IMG/VR virus record: IMGVR_UViG_3300027732_000073
Span: 1-32,963 of that record
Reading direction: 5' to 3' (one strand)
From: a virus
Lineage: Duplodnaviria > Caudoviricetes
DNA: 32,963 nt
In this document: positions 1 to 10,000 of the stretch, in pieces
Numbering within the stretch: the stretch's first letter is position 1
Layout of the letters: each line of letters starts with the position of its first letter
Notes under the pieces: model-generated
Database searches by the model: none
What the model saw: the letters and a program-made list of their open reading frames with translations, nothing else
What the model was told of the DNA's origin: nothing
Made by a program: the position numbers and the translations under genes

Positions 1-1
1 C

Positions 2-3000
2 AGCGGCGAAGTGGACTACAAAGCGTTCAATTCCACAGCCAAGGTGTATTTTGTTTCTTTAGACGGTGAGGACACTAGATTCACAGGCACCAGTCAAAAT
101 GCACCCTATAGAACAGTGAGATATGCACTGGAAAACATCACAGGCCCGGCCACAGTGTTTGTAAAAAATGGCATGTACAACGAAATTTTGCCATTGCGTG
201 TGCCAGCATTTGTGGCAGTGGTAGGTGATGAATTGCGCGGCACTGTGATGCAGGCCAACAACACAGATCTACCTGCTGGGGACATAGCTGCACTGTTATC
301 AGTGATAGATTATTTAAATTACATCATAGAATTTATTATTAAGGCTCAACCTATTGGCACAGACATTGTGTCCAACCCAGCCTATGGGTCAACGTTGTAT
401 GGAACTGAACCGCAAAGTGTTTCTGGCACCGCAGGCACAAGCACACAAGTCACAGCAGCACGAATATTGTTGGCACAGATTCGTAGCAGATTGGCCACCG
501 GCACAGTGTCTGCATTGATCGGTACCAACACTGCGTCGGTCAATGTCAGTGTGTTGGCAGCAGCTACACAATTGACCAACAACACAGCATTTTTTGAAAA
601 TGAGTTTCCGCAATACATTAATTTTTTATTGTCTGCATACTCACAGCCAGCACGATTTGTGCCAGACATAATTAGAATTGTCACAGCAGTAGCTTATGAT
701 TTACGCTATCCCGGCAATTACCAAAGCACATTGGTTGGCAATTATTTCTATCACTTGAAGCTGGGCACCGAAAACAAACTGTCCAACATGTTTTTGATGA
801 ATGACGGCACCGGCCTTCGCAACTGTACACTGATGGGTCTTGAAGGTGAGCTCGGTGCATTAAACACAAATTTAACTCGACGTCCAACTGCAGGCGCCTA
901 TGCCAGCCTTGATCCCGGATATGGTCCCACAGACAGCACAGCTTGGGTAGGATCCAAATCACCGTATATTCAAAACGTCACTACTTTTGGCACTGCCTGT
1001 GTGGGGTTGAAAATTGACGGCGATTTACACGACGGCGGAAATCAAACCATTGTCAGCAACGATTTCACACAGATTTTGAGTGATGGCATTGGACTTTGGA
1101 TCAACGGCACAGGCAAGACTGAAGCGGTGTCGGTGTTTACCTATTACAATCACATTGGTTATTTGTCAACCAATGGAGGGAAAATCCGTGCTACCAACGG
1201 CAACTGTTCTTACGGAACATTTGGAGCTGTGGCCGAAGGATTTGATGCTGACGAAATACCTATCACAGCCACAGTATTGAATCGCTATTATGACGCCACA
1301 GTGTCAACGGCATTTGCTGCCAGCGGTGAAGTACGCAAGTTGTTTTACAGCCATGCGGGCAACGAATACACCACTGCCACACTCACTGTTGCCGGCGCTG
1401 GATTGAACGGCGCAGCCACTATAGATGAATTTAGAGATGGTGCTGTGTATGAAGTGCGTATTACAGATCCTGGAGATTCCAGTGGATCAGGCGGAGGCGG
1501 CTATACCACAGCTAGAAACACCGCACAGTCAGGCACTGCTGAGACCATATTGATTGCGGCATCAGACGACGGTGAAGCCAGTGCCTATAGGTCACTAAGA
1601 TTGATCATTGACAGCGGCACTGGTGCAGGACAATATGGATATATTGCAGAATTTGATGACGTCAGCAAAACAGCTTGGATTGCCAGTGAGTTCAAACCAC
1701 AACAACCGGTAATAGCCACCTCTTCCACTGGCAACAGAGTCACTGTTGGCACAACAGAATATCTTAACGTTAACGATCCTATTATATTCTCAGGTACATT
1801 TGCAGGAAATTTACAACAGTATCAACTGTACTATGTTAGAACCATTGTCAACGCCACACAGATTACTGTGTCTCTTACACCAGCTGGTGTGACAGTGCTG
1901 TTGATCAACGGTGTGGGTGCCATGATCATGCATCACTTGGGATGGAACAATTTCCGCCCGGGCACTGTAACAGAGGCAGTGTTAGATACCACCACAGCCT
2001 ATGCTATTGAAGCAAGAATCACTTTTAGTTCACCAGGATACGCTGTTGTGCCAGTGGTGTTGCCTTCGGCACAAGATTGGGTCAGTATCACCTACGGTGA
2101 CGGTCTGTGGGTGGCAGTGTCCAACGGCACATCTCCATCGGGATCTAATGCTGCAGGATACAGCAGTAACGGTACCACATGGTCTTCCACTTTGCTTCCA
2201 GGAACAAATCCTTGGATCAAAGTGGCCTATGGCAATGGTATATTTGTAGCTGTGGCTTCCAATGGAGCTATGGCCAGTAGCAATGATGGCATTGTGTGGA
2301 ACAGCATCACTGCAACAGTAAACCCTTACAATTCAGTAGTCTATGGTGGCGGAACATGGGTGGCCATTTCCGCAGGGGTCAACATTGTGACCAGCACAGA
2401 TACAATTACCTGGACTCCGAGTGTATTGCCTGAGGGAGCCGATTGGATAGACATTGCCTACGGCAAAGGTAAATTTGTTGCAGTTAGCCAATCAGATTCT
2501 TCCGTAGCTCAAACTGCCTACAGCACCAACGGCACTGCATGGACATTGGGATCATTTGTAGGCGGCTGCAAATCCATTGCCTACGGCAATGATAGATTTG
2601 TAGCAATTGAGGGTGGTTATGCATTGGCTAACAGTGCTTTTGTGAGTTTTGATGGCATCACATGGACGGCAGCTGCTCTGGATCAACAAAATTGGCAATC
2701 AATCAAGTATTTTCAAGGAACATTCGCAGCCGTGGCCGAAAGTCACAACAAAGTAGCATTGAGTATTGACGGTGCCAATTGGCGTTACCAAACGCTCAGC
2801 GGCGTGCTCAGTTGGCGCGATATTGCTGGAGGCGGCATTGGAAAATTTGTAGCTGTGACTGGGTTATCAAACAGCACGGCAGCTGATTTGATCAGCACAG
2901 GAACCACACCACAGGCTCGAGTCAGTTTGGGCAGCGGCAGAATTCTAGCTATTGCAATTTGGGAGCCAGGTTCTGGCTACACTTCAGCACCAGTGATGTT

Positions 3001-3964
3001 GATCACTGATCCCAACAACAGTTCTGAAGCCACTGTGAATGTACGTATAGGCAATGGAGTGTTAGGACCAGCCAGTTTTAATACTCCGGGCATAGGATAC
3101 AGCACAACCACTACCACAGTGACAGTGACCGGCGATGGATACAAAGATCAGTTTCAATTGGGCAGATTCCTAGTGGTAGAAAATCTCACTCGTATTCCTA
3201 GCCCAGGCGACAACTTGAATATCAGCAGCATTGATGATTATACCTACAAAGTGCTGAATACCACTGTGTTGGGCGGCACTGTAGGCGACTATACAGCACA
3301 GATCACCATTGCTAAAATTCTAAATCGCAGCGAATCACCTGAGCAAGGCGAAACACTCACAATTAGACAGTTGTACAGTCAGGTTCGATTGACTGGACAT
3401 GATTTCTTAGACGTGGGATTGGGCAACTTTATACAGACCAATTATCCCGACACACTGTTTCCAGTAGGAACCATTGTGGCGCCTCAAGATGAAATCAAAG
3501 AAGCAGATGGCGGCCGATGTTTTTATACCTCAACTGACCAAGACGGTAATTTCCGAGTTGGTGAATTATTTGCAGTGGAACAAAGTACTGGTACTGTGAC
3601 CATTAGTGCAGACTTTTTTGTGTTGGAAGGATTAGAAGAACTCACAATCGGTGGAGTATCAGTAGGCGGCAGTGGCGTGGTAATTAGAGAATTTTCCACA
3701 GACACGCTGTTTACCGCAGACAGCAACAACATCATTCCCACACAACGAGCTATCAAAGCCTATTTGTCCAAACGAGTGTCTGGCGGCGGTTCAGAAGCAT
3801 TTACTGCATCGCTGGTAGCTGGTGTGGTCAGTGTGGGCCCTAGTGCTATTGGCACAACCACAGGAGTGGAAATAAATATCCCGGTCAAAGTCAACTTCAA
3901 ACAACCATTTGAAGGTGATTTGTTTACAAACACATACTTCCTCGCAGGTCGCGGAGAATTATAA
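2..3964 (+). CDS. Large phage virion structural protein (tail fibre/baseplate-associated; beta-helix-like region plus beta-propeller repeats), 5'-truncated by the window edge; paralogue of 4008..12341
   Basis: The frame is open from base 2 (AGC GGC GAA GTG...), so the GTG at 11 is not the true start. The protein is Thr/Gly/Ser-rich and has a pectate-lyase/tailspike-like entry motif (PYRTVRYA...V.VKNGMY.E.LP..VP...AVVGDELR). W..[VI].YG.G.[FW]VA[VI]...S.[DN]G..W repeats lie at about 2060-2900. The C-terminus (YSQVRLTGHDFLD...YTSTDQDGNFRVG...PTQRAIKAY) is shared with the next gene. Confidence 0.8.
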   Translation, partial: SGEVDYKAFNSTAKVYFVSLDGEDTRFTGTSQNAPYRTVRYALENITGPATVFVKNGMYNEILPLRVPAFVAVVGDELRGTVMQANNTDLPAGDIAALLSVIDYLNYIIEFIIKAQPIGTDIVSNPAYGSTLYGTEPQSVSGTAGTSTQVTAARILLAQIRSRLATGTVSALIGTNTASVNVSVLAAATQLTNNTAFFENEFPQYINFLLSAYSQPARFVPDIIRIVTAVAYDLRYPGNYQSTLVGNYFYHLKLGTENKLSNMFLMNDGTGLRNCTLMGLEGELGALNTNLTRRPTAGAYASLDPGYGPTDSTAWVGSKSPYIQNVTTFGTACVGLKIDGDLHDGGNQTIVSNDFTQILSDGIGLWINGTGKTEAVSVFTYYNHIGYLSTNGGKIRATNGNCSYGTFGAVAEGFDADEIPITATVLNRYYDATVSTAFAASGEVRKLFYSHAGNEYTTATLTVAGAGLNGAATIDEFRDGAVYEVRITDPGDSSGSGGGGYTTARNTAQSGTAETILIAASDDGEASAYRSLRLIIDSGTGAGQYGYIAEFDDVSKTAWIASEFKPQQPVIATSSTGNRVTVGTTEYLNVNDPIIFSGTFAGNLQQYQLYYVRTIVNATQITVSLTPAGVTVLLINGVGAMIMHHLGWNNFRPGTVTEAVLDTTTAYAIEARITFSSPGYAVVPVVLPSAQDWVSITYGDGLWVAVSNGTSPSGSNAAGYSSNGTTWSSTLLPGTNPWIKVAYGNGIFVAVASNGAMASSNDGIVWNSITATVNPYNSVVYGGGTWVAISAGVNIVTSTDTITWTPSVLPEGADWIDIAYGKGKFVAVSQSDSSVAQTAYSTNGTAWTLGSFVGGCKSIAYGNDRFVAIEGGYALANSAFVSFDGITWTAAALDQQNWQSIKYFQGTFAAVAESHNKVALSIDGANWRYQTLSGVLSWRDIAGGGIGKFVAVTGLSNSTAADLISTGTTPQARVSLGSGRILAIAIWEPGSGYTSAPVMLITDPNNSSEATVNVRIGNGVLGPASFNTPGIGYSTTTTTVTVTGDGYKDQFQLGRFLVVENLTRIPSPGDNLNISSIDDYTYKVLNTTVLGGTVGDYTAQITIAKILNRSESPEQGETLTIRQLYSQVRLTGHDFLDVGLGNFIQTNYPDTLFPVGTIVAPQDEIKEADGGRCFYTSTDQDGNFRVGELFAVEQSTGTVTISADFFVLEGLEELTIGGVSVGGSGVVIREFSTDTLFTADSNNIIPTQRAIKAYLSKRVSGGGSEAFTASLVAGVVSVGPSAIGTTTGVEINIPVKVNFKQPFEGDLFTNTYFLAGRGEL

Positions 3965-3978
3965 AAGATTTAGAACGC

Positions 3979-3985
3979 ATAAATA
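3979..3985 (+). promoter_or_regulatory. Putative T4-like late promoter (ATAAATA)
   Basis: Matches the last 7 of 8 bases of the T4 late consensus TATAAATA, in the intergenic gap before the 2777-aa structural gene. Confidence 0.6.
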
Positions 3986-4007
3986 TTAATAACAGAGTGG
4001 AGCTAAA

Positions 4008-7000
4008 ATGGCTGAATTTAAACTTGGTAGAATAAGATTTGTATGGAAGAGTGATTGGGTTGTTGGTACAACCTACTACAAAGACGACATCATAAACTAT
4101 GGTGGCAAAACGTTTCTATGCGTGGTAGGACACACTGCTGCCGCAGATTTTTACACTGACCTTGATGTGATTCCCAGCAAGTGGAATCAATTTACCGACG
4201 GCCAAGAATGGAAAGGCGAATGGCAAGCACTGAATCTCTACAAAGAAAATGACCTTGTCAAATACGGTGGATTTGTATATATCTGTACCAACGGTCACAC
4301 ATCGGCCACTGTTGGCAGTGGTCTAGAAGCGGATTTAGATGTCAATGACAGTTCGTTATCTAAATGGGAACTATTTGCAGAAGGATTTGAATGGCGCAGT
4401 GACTGGAGCTTGGGAATATATTATAGAAAAAATGACATTGTCAAATATGGCGCAACCAACTATGTGTGTAATCAGCCGCATCAGTCTGCAGCTACTGAGG
4501 CGTTGGGACTGGAAGATGATCTAGACAAGTGGGATCTACTCAGCGAAGGCTTTGCATGGAATGGTGATTGGAGCATAGGATTACGCTACAAGATCAATGA
4601 CGTGGTCAAGTACGGCGGACAATCTTATGTGTGTAATCAAGGACACACCAGTGCAGCCACCGCAGCTCTAGGACTGGAAAATGATCAATCTAAATGGGAT
4701 TATTTCCATCAAGGTGTTGATTACAAAGGTGTTTGGACACAACCCACAAGATACAAAGTAAATGATTTGGTAAAATATGGTGGAGGAGTGTGGCGTTGCA
4801 ACACCCATCACACCAGCAGTACCAATTTTAACACAGGATATTTTGAACAGTTTGTGGAAGGTGTTGAATTTGAAGGTGTGTACACACCAGGCACAGTTTA
4901 CCAGCATGGCGACATTGTGCGCTACGGTGGATTTTCTTACATCAGTACCACAGTCAATTCCAATGTGTTGCCAACTGATATCAGCAACTGGGATCTATTT
5001 GCAACCAGTTTCAAATTTGAAGGAGATTGGAGTTCAGTAACACTATATCTGCCAGGTCAAGTGATCAGACACGGCGGTTATACCTATACCTCTATTCTCA
5101 GCGGCACCAACCAAAGTCCCGATACTGCCACAACCTATTGGTCTAGACTCAACAGTGGCCTGCGTTGGAGAAATGAATGGACCAATTCCACCAGCTATTT
5201 GCTGGGCGACATTGTAAAATTCAACAGCAGCAGTTTTGTCTGTGTGCTGGCTCACACTTCCGACGATGACGACAGTACACTAACTCCTACAACAAACAGT
5301 CCTGAAAAAGACACCACAGGCATATATTGGAACTTGATTACCAGCGGACTAGAAGACAGTGTGTTAACCACAGTGGGCGATTTGGTATATTATGGACCAG
5401 CTGGTCCTGCAAGATTGCCTTTGGGCCCAGAGGGTGCAGTACTGGCTGTAGAAAATGGCCTACCTGCTTGGAAATTCTGGGGCGAAATCAGCAAAGTTGT
5501 TTATGTGGGCACACACGGAGAAGATCAACCCTATCCATTATACGGTACCAGTATTGATCGCCCATATGCATCTGTACGCTACGCAACAGAGCAAATTGAA
5601 CAAGGCCTGTACTTTGCCGATGCCAAGTATCTGCTAAATCAAAATAGAACGTTTATACAAAAAGAAATTACTGAGTGGGTTGTTTATCAGATTGCCAACA
5701 GTATTGCTCCCTTTGCCGGGTTTGTTAATGACAGCCAGGCACTGTGCGAACGTGATATTGGTCTAATTGTAGACGCATTTATCTATGATCTAACACACAC
5801 CGGCAATAGCAAAACAATTGCTGCCACTCGATCATACTTTACAGCCCTTGGGGTTATTGAAGCATTTATAGGCGACGAAGAAGAGCAGTTGGTAGCATCT
5901 ATTAATTATGCTGTCTCACTTATAGACAAAATTCTAAGTAATCTTGCACCAGCAGCAAATTATCAAACGCTGAACGGTATTGGTGCCGGCAGCAGAATCA
6001 AACAAATTATAGATTTCAACGTCACAGCAGAAACAGGCAGTTTGGCCAATATCACCAGTCTGGCTGTGATACTGACCAACGCACTGACAACCAACAGCTT
6101 GGCCAGTTTGCCCAATGTAGAAACTCCTGGTTTCACTATCAATGTCAAAACTGGACAGTATTATGAAGTGTTGCCAATCCTAGTACCGGCCAACACAGCA
6201 GTGGTGGGAGACGAACTGAGATCAACAAGGATGAGTCCAGCCGGAAAAATCACCGGCAACAATGACAAAGCCAAATCTGTACAGACTCTGCAGAGACTTC
6301 AGGCCATAACTTCTGACGTGATACAAAACGTCGCAGTCACAGTGACTGCAGGCAACACTGAAGTGCAAAACACCACTGGCCAATTGGCCGGCAGTGTGGG
6401 CAGTGCCACAGCTGTGGCCAGTATCGCAGCAAACATCATTGAAATTAAAGATATTATTTCTAATGGGCTTGGCGCAGTAGATGCATTTACATTTGGCACT
6501 CCTACTAACTGGGGAACAAGTTTAACCAATACTGCCTACGCTTCAACTGGTAACGTTACTGGTGCAACATCTACATATGATAATGCTAAAGCACAAATTA
6601 ATGTAAACACGGCGTTTATCAAAGCAGAAATCACTGCATGGATCGCTGTCCAAGTAGCAGGAAATATTGCACCGTTCACAACATCATTTACCTATGATGC
6701 TGCGGCATGTGCCCGTGATGTGGGATATATTTTAGATGCTGCTCGATATGATATCACCTACGGTGGCAATACACAAACAAGAATTGCAGCGGACGCATAT
6801 TATAGCTACGGTGAAGCAACATTTGGCAGCGGAGAAAAAGCAGCAACACTGGCCGCATTTGCAAGATTAAAAATAGTTGTAGGTCAAGTGATAGTCGAAA
6901 CCGCAGTTTCTGTATCAGCAGGCAACGCTCTAACACAAGATGTTAGTGGCACTGCTGGTAACACTAGCTCAAAGAATTTTGCCGAAGAGCGTGTACAAGA

Positions 7001-10000
7001 AATTATCAACACTATTACCGCTGACGGAGTACTACCAACGCTGATATCCCCTGCAACTTCTTGGGTATCGACTGCATTGGTTACTGCAAGAACCGCATTG
7101 AACACATTTAGAAGCACCATTCAAACAGATTCTGTGACCTATATCAAACGTGAGTTTCCAACACTAAACTTTAATGAAACTACCTGTTCTAGAGATGTAG
7201 GCTATATTGTAGACGCATTAGGCTACGACTTGATGTTTGGTTCAAATTTTGCCTCTATCAAAGCAGGAATGGCCTACAGAAGAGGAACTAGTTCAGCACT
7301 ATTGGTAGTGGCCAATCAACTAGCAGCGACTCTAGGTATCATTGACTTTATTGGACATAAGTCCAGATTGATAGCGGCCACTGGCGCTGCCACTGCGGCA
7401 GATCAACTGTGGACTTATTTGATTAATTACGTGGATACTGGTACCAAACCTATCACAGTGGGTACCAACAGTCCCACAACTGATCTGTCAGTGATCAATG
7501 GCGCAAGAATATTAGAACTCAACAAGGCATTTTTGGTTGCAGAAGCAGATGCTTATATAGCTGCCACATTCCAAGCCACAGTCAGCGCAGTAAACGCTGG
7601 TACAGACACTTTCACTTGTGGTTCGCAAACATGGATGACAGCTGGCGACACAGTGAGATTTACTGGCACTGTGTTCGGAGGGGTGGCCGTGAACACCACT
7701 TACTACATCATAGCTGCAGGACTCACAGCCACAACATTTAGAATAAGCACTAGTTTGGGAGGCACAGCGGTTGATTTATCAGCAGGCACTGGCTCAATGA
7801 CTGTGAATTGGTTCTACGGCAATGCCAGCTGCAACAACGATGTGCGCAACTACATTGATGCCATTACATATGATTTGATCTACACCGGCAACTATCGCTC
7901 AGTGTTGGCTGCCAGGTATTATCGCAATGCATACACAGGTTCAAAACTTGAAGACATGTTCTATGTGCGCAACGGCGGTGGTTTGCGAAACGCCACAATA
8001 ACCGGACTAGATGGCACATCAGACGGTAATACCGCAGGTGCCGGCGATGCAGACGGACTCACTGTGGCCAATGAGTTTGGCACACAGCGTCCCCTAGCTG
8101 GTTCTTATGTATCTCTTGATCCAGGATGGGGCCCCAACGACACCAGAGTATGGGTCACTAACAAATCCACATACGTACAAAACATCACTACGTTTGGTAC
8201 AGCATGTGTAGGACAAAAAATCGATGGCAGTTTGCACTCAGGAGGCAATGATTCAATTGTTTCCAATGACTTCACACAGGTATTGAGTGATGGCATTGGC
8301 GCATGGATTACTAATTTGGGCAGAGCAGAATTGGTTTCAGTGTTTTCATACTACGCTCACATTGCTTATCTGGCTGAAAACGGTGGAAAAATTCGTGCTA
8401 CCAACGGCAACAATTCCTATGGTAAATTTGGTTCTGTGTCAGAAGGTGTGGACATTACAGAAACTCCACTGACCGCACAAATCAACAACCAAGGCAACGA
8501 AGCCAGCATACGCAACATCATCACTGATGGCAGTCAATTGTTGGCCATTGGCTATTTGAATGCCGGACAAAATTATAATACGGCCACCTACACCATTTCG
8601 GGTGCGGGCAGCGGTGCTACAATCAGCAGCATTGAAACAAGAAATCTTGGAGTACACAGTGTGAGATTGACTGATCCGGGCGACAGCACTGGTCCTGGCG
8701 GAGTCAATTATGTCACTGCCAGCAACGTGGCTCAGGCAGGTAACACCACTCAAATCACATTGGCAGCTGCAGACAATGCATTAAATGGCGCCTATGCAGG
8801 CATGCACATTTTTATCATATCTGGCACAGGTGCTGGACAGTATGGTTATATCAATACCTACAACAACGGCAGCAAGGTTGCCACAGTGTACAAAGACAGC
8901 ACAGGTACCGCAGGTTGGAACCATGTGATTTCAGGCACTGCTATTGCAGCGTCATTGGATTTGACCACAAATTATGAAATTACACCGCGTATTGCTTTTA
9001 CAAGCCCCGGCTATAGTAAAACTGTACGTTCGTTGACTGCCAGAGCCTATACTGATGCAGTGTATGGCAATGGCTATGGCAGCTACACCGCATTGGCTGC
9101 TACTGGCGGAGCAGGATCCAGCGCCACGTTTGACATTGTTAGAGTCAACGGTGTATACACCGCAGTGATCAACAATCCGGGATTTGCCTATGTGGCAGGC
9201 AACACACTGACCATATTGGGCACCGCAGTTGGCGGCGCGGCCCCAGCCAACAACATCACACTCACAGTAGTTGTAGCCGATGATGACGGCAGCGGCAACA
9301 TACTGTCTGTGTCCGTGTCCGGCGCAGCAATCAGCAATGCATTTGTAGCATTAGCATCAGGTACTGCCACTGCAGAATATTCTACCAACGGTATCACATG
9401 GTCCGCTGTGTCAATGCCAGCAGTGGCTGATTGGGTCAGCGTGGCCTATGGCAACGTGTCCAATATTGGCAGATATGTGGCATTGGCACAAGGCGGATCA
9501 ACTGCGGCCTACTCACCGGACGGTGTAAACTGGACCAGCAGTTCGCTGGGAGAAGGCGGCGATTGGATTGACATTGCCTATGGCAACAACAAATTTGTTG
9601 CAGTAAGTCAAAGTGATTCTAGCACCAGTACTCGCGCAGTTTCCTCTGATGGTGGAGTCACATGGAGCGTGGGCAGCTTTGCCACAGGAGCCACTGCTAT
9701 CACATTCGGCAATAATAGATTTGTTGTAGTTGAAGGCAATTTCAGTAATGCAGCAGCGTACTCTACAGACGGAGTCACGTGGACCACAGCCACATTGCCG
9801 GCCAACGTGGACGGCAGTACCGAATCAAATTGGCAAGATGTTACATTTGGCAATGGCAGATTTGTGGCAATTGCAGACAGTGCTCCGGGAGCTGCTTACA
9901 GTTTCAATGGAGCCACTTGGTTCACAGCCACTTTGCCCAGCAATCAGGATTGGAGAAAAATTACCTATGGCAGCGGAGTGTTTGTTGCACTGAGCCATGG

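Noticed and set aside
11-13. GTG start for the first gene
   Set aside because: The frame is open to the window edge and the paralogue has ~490 more N-terminal residues, so the gene begins upstream.
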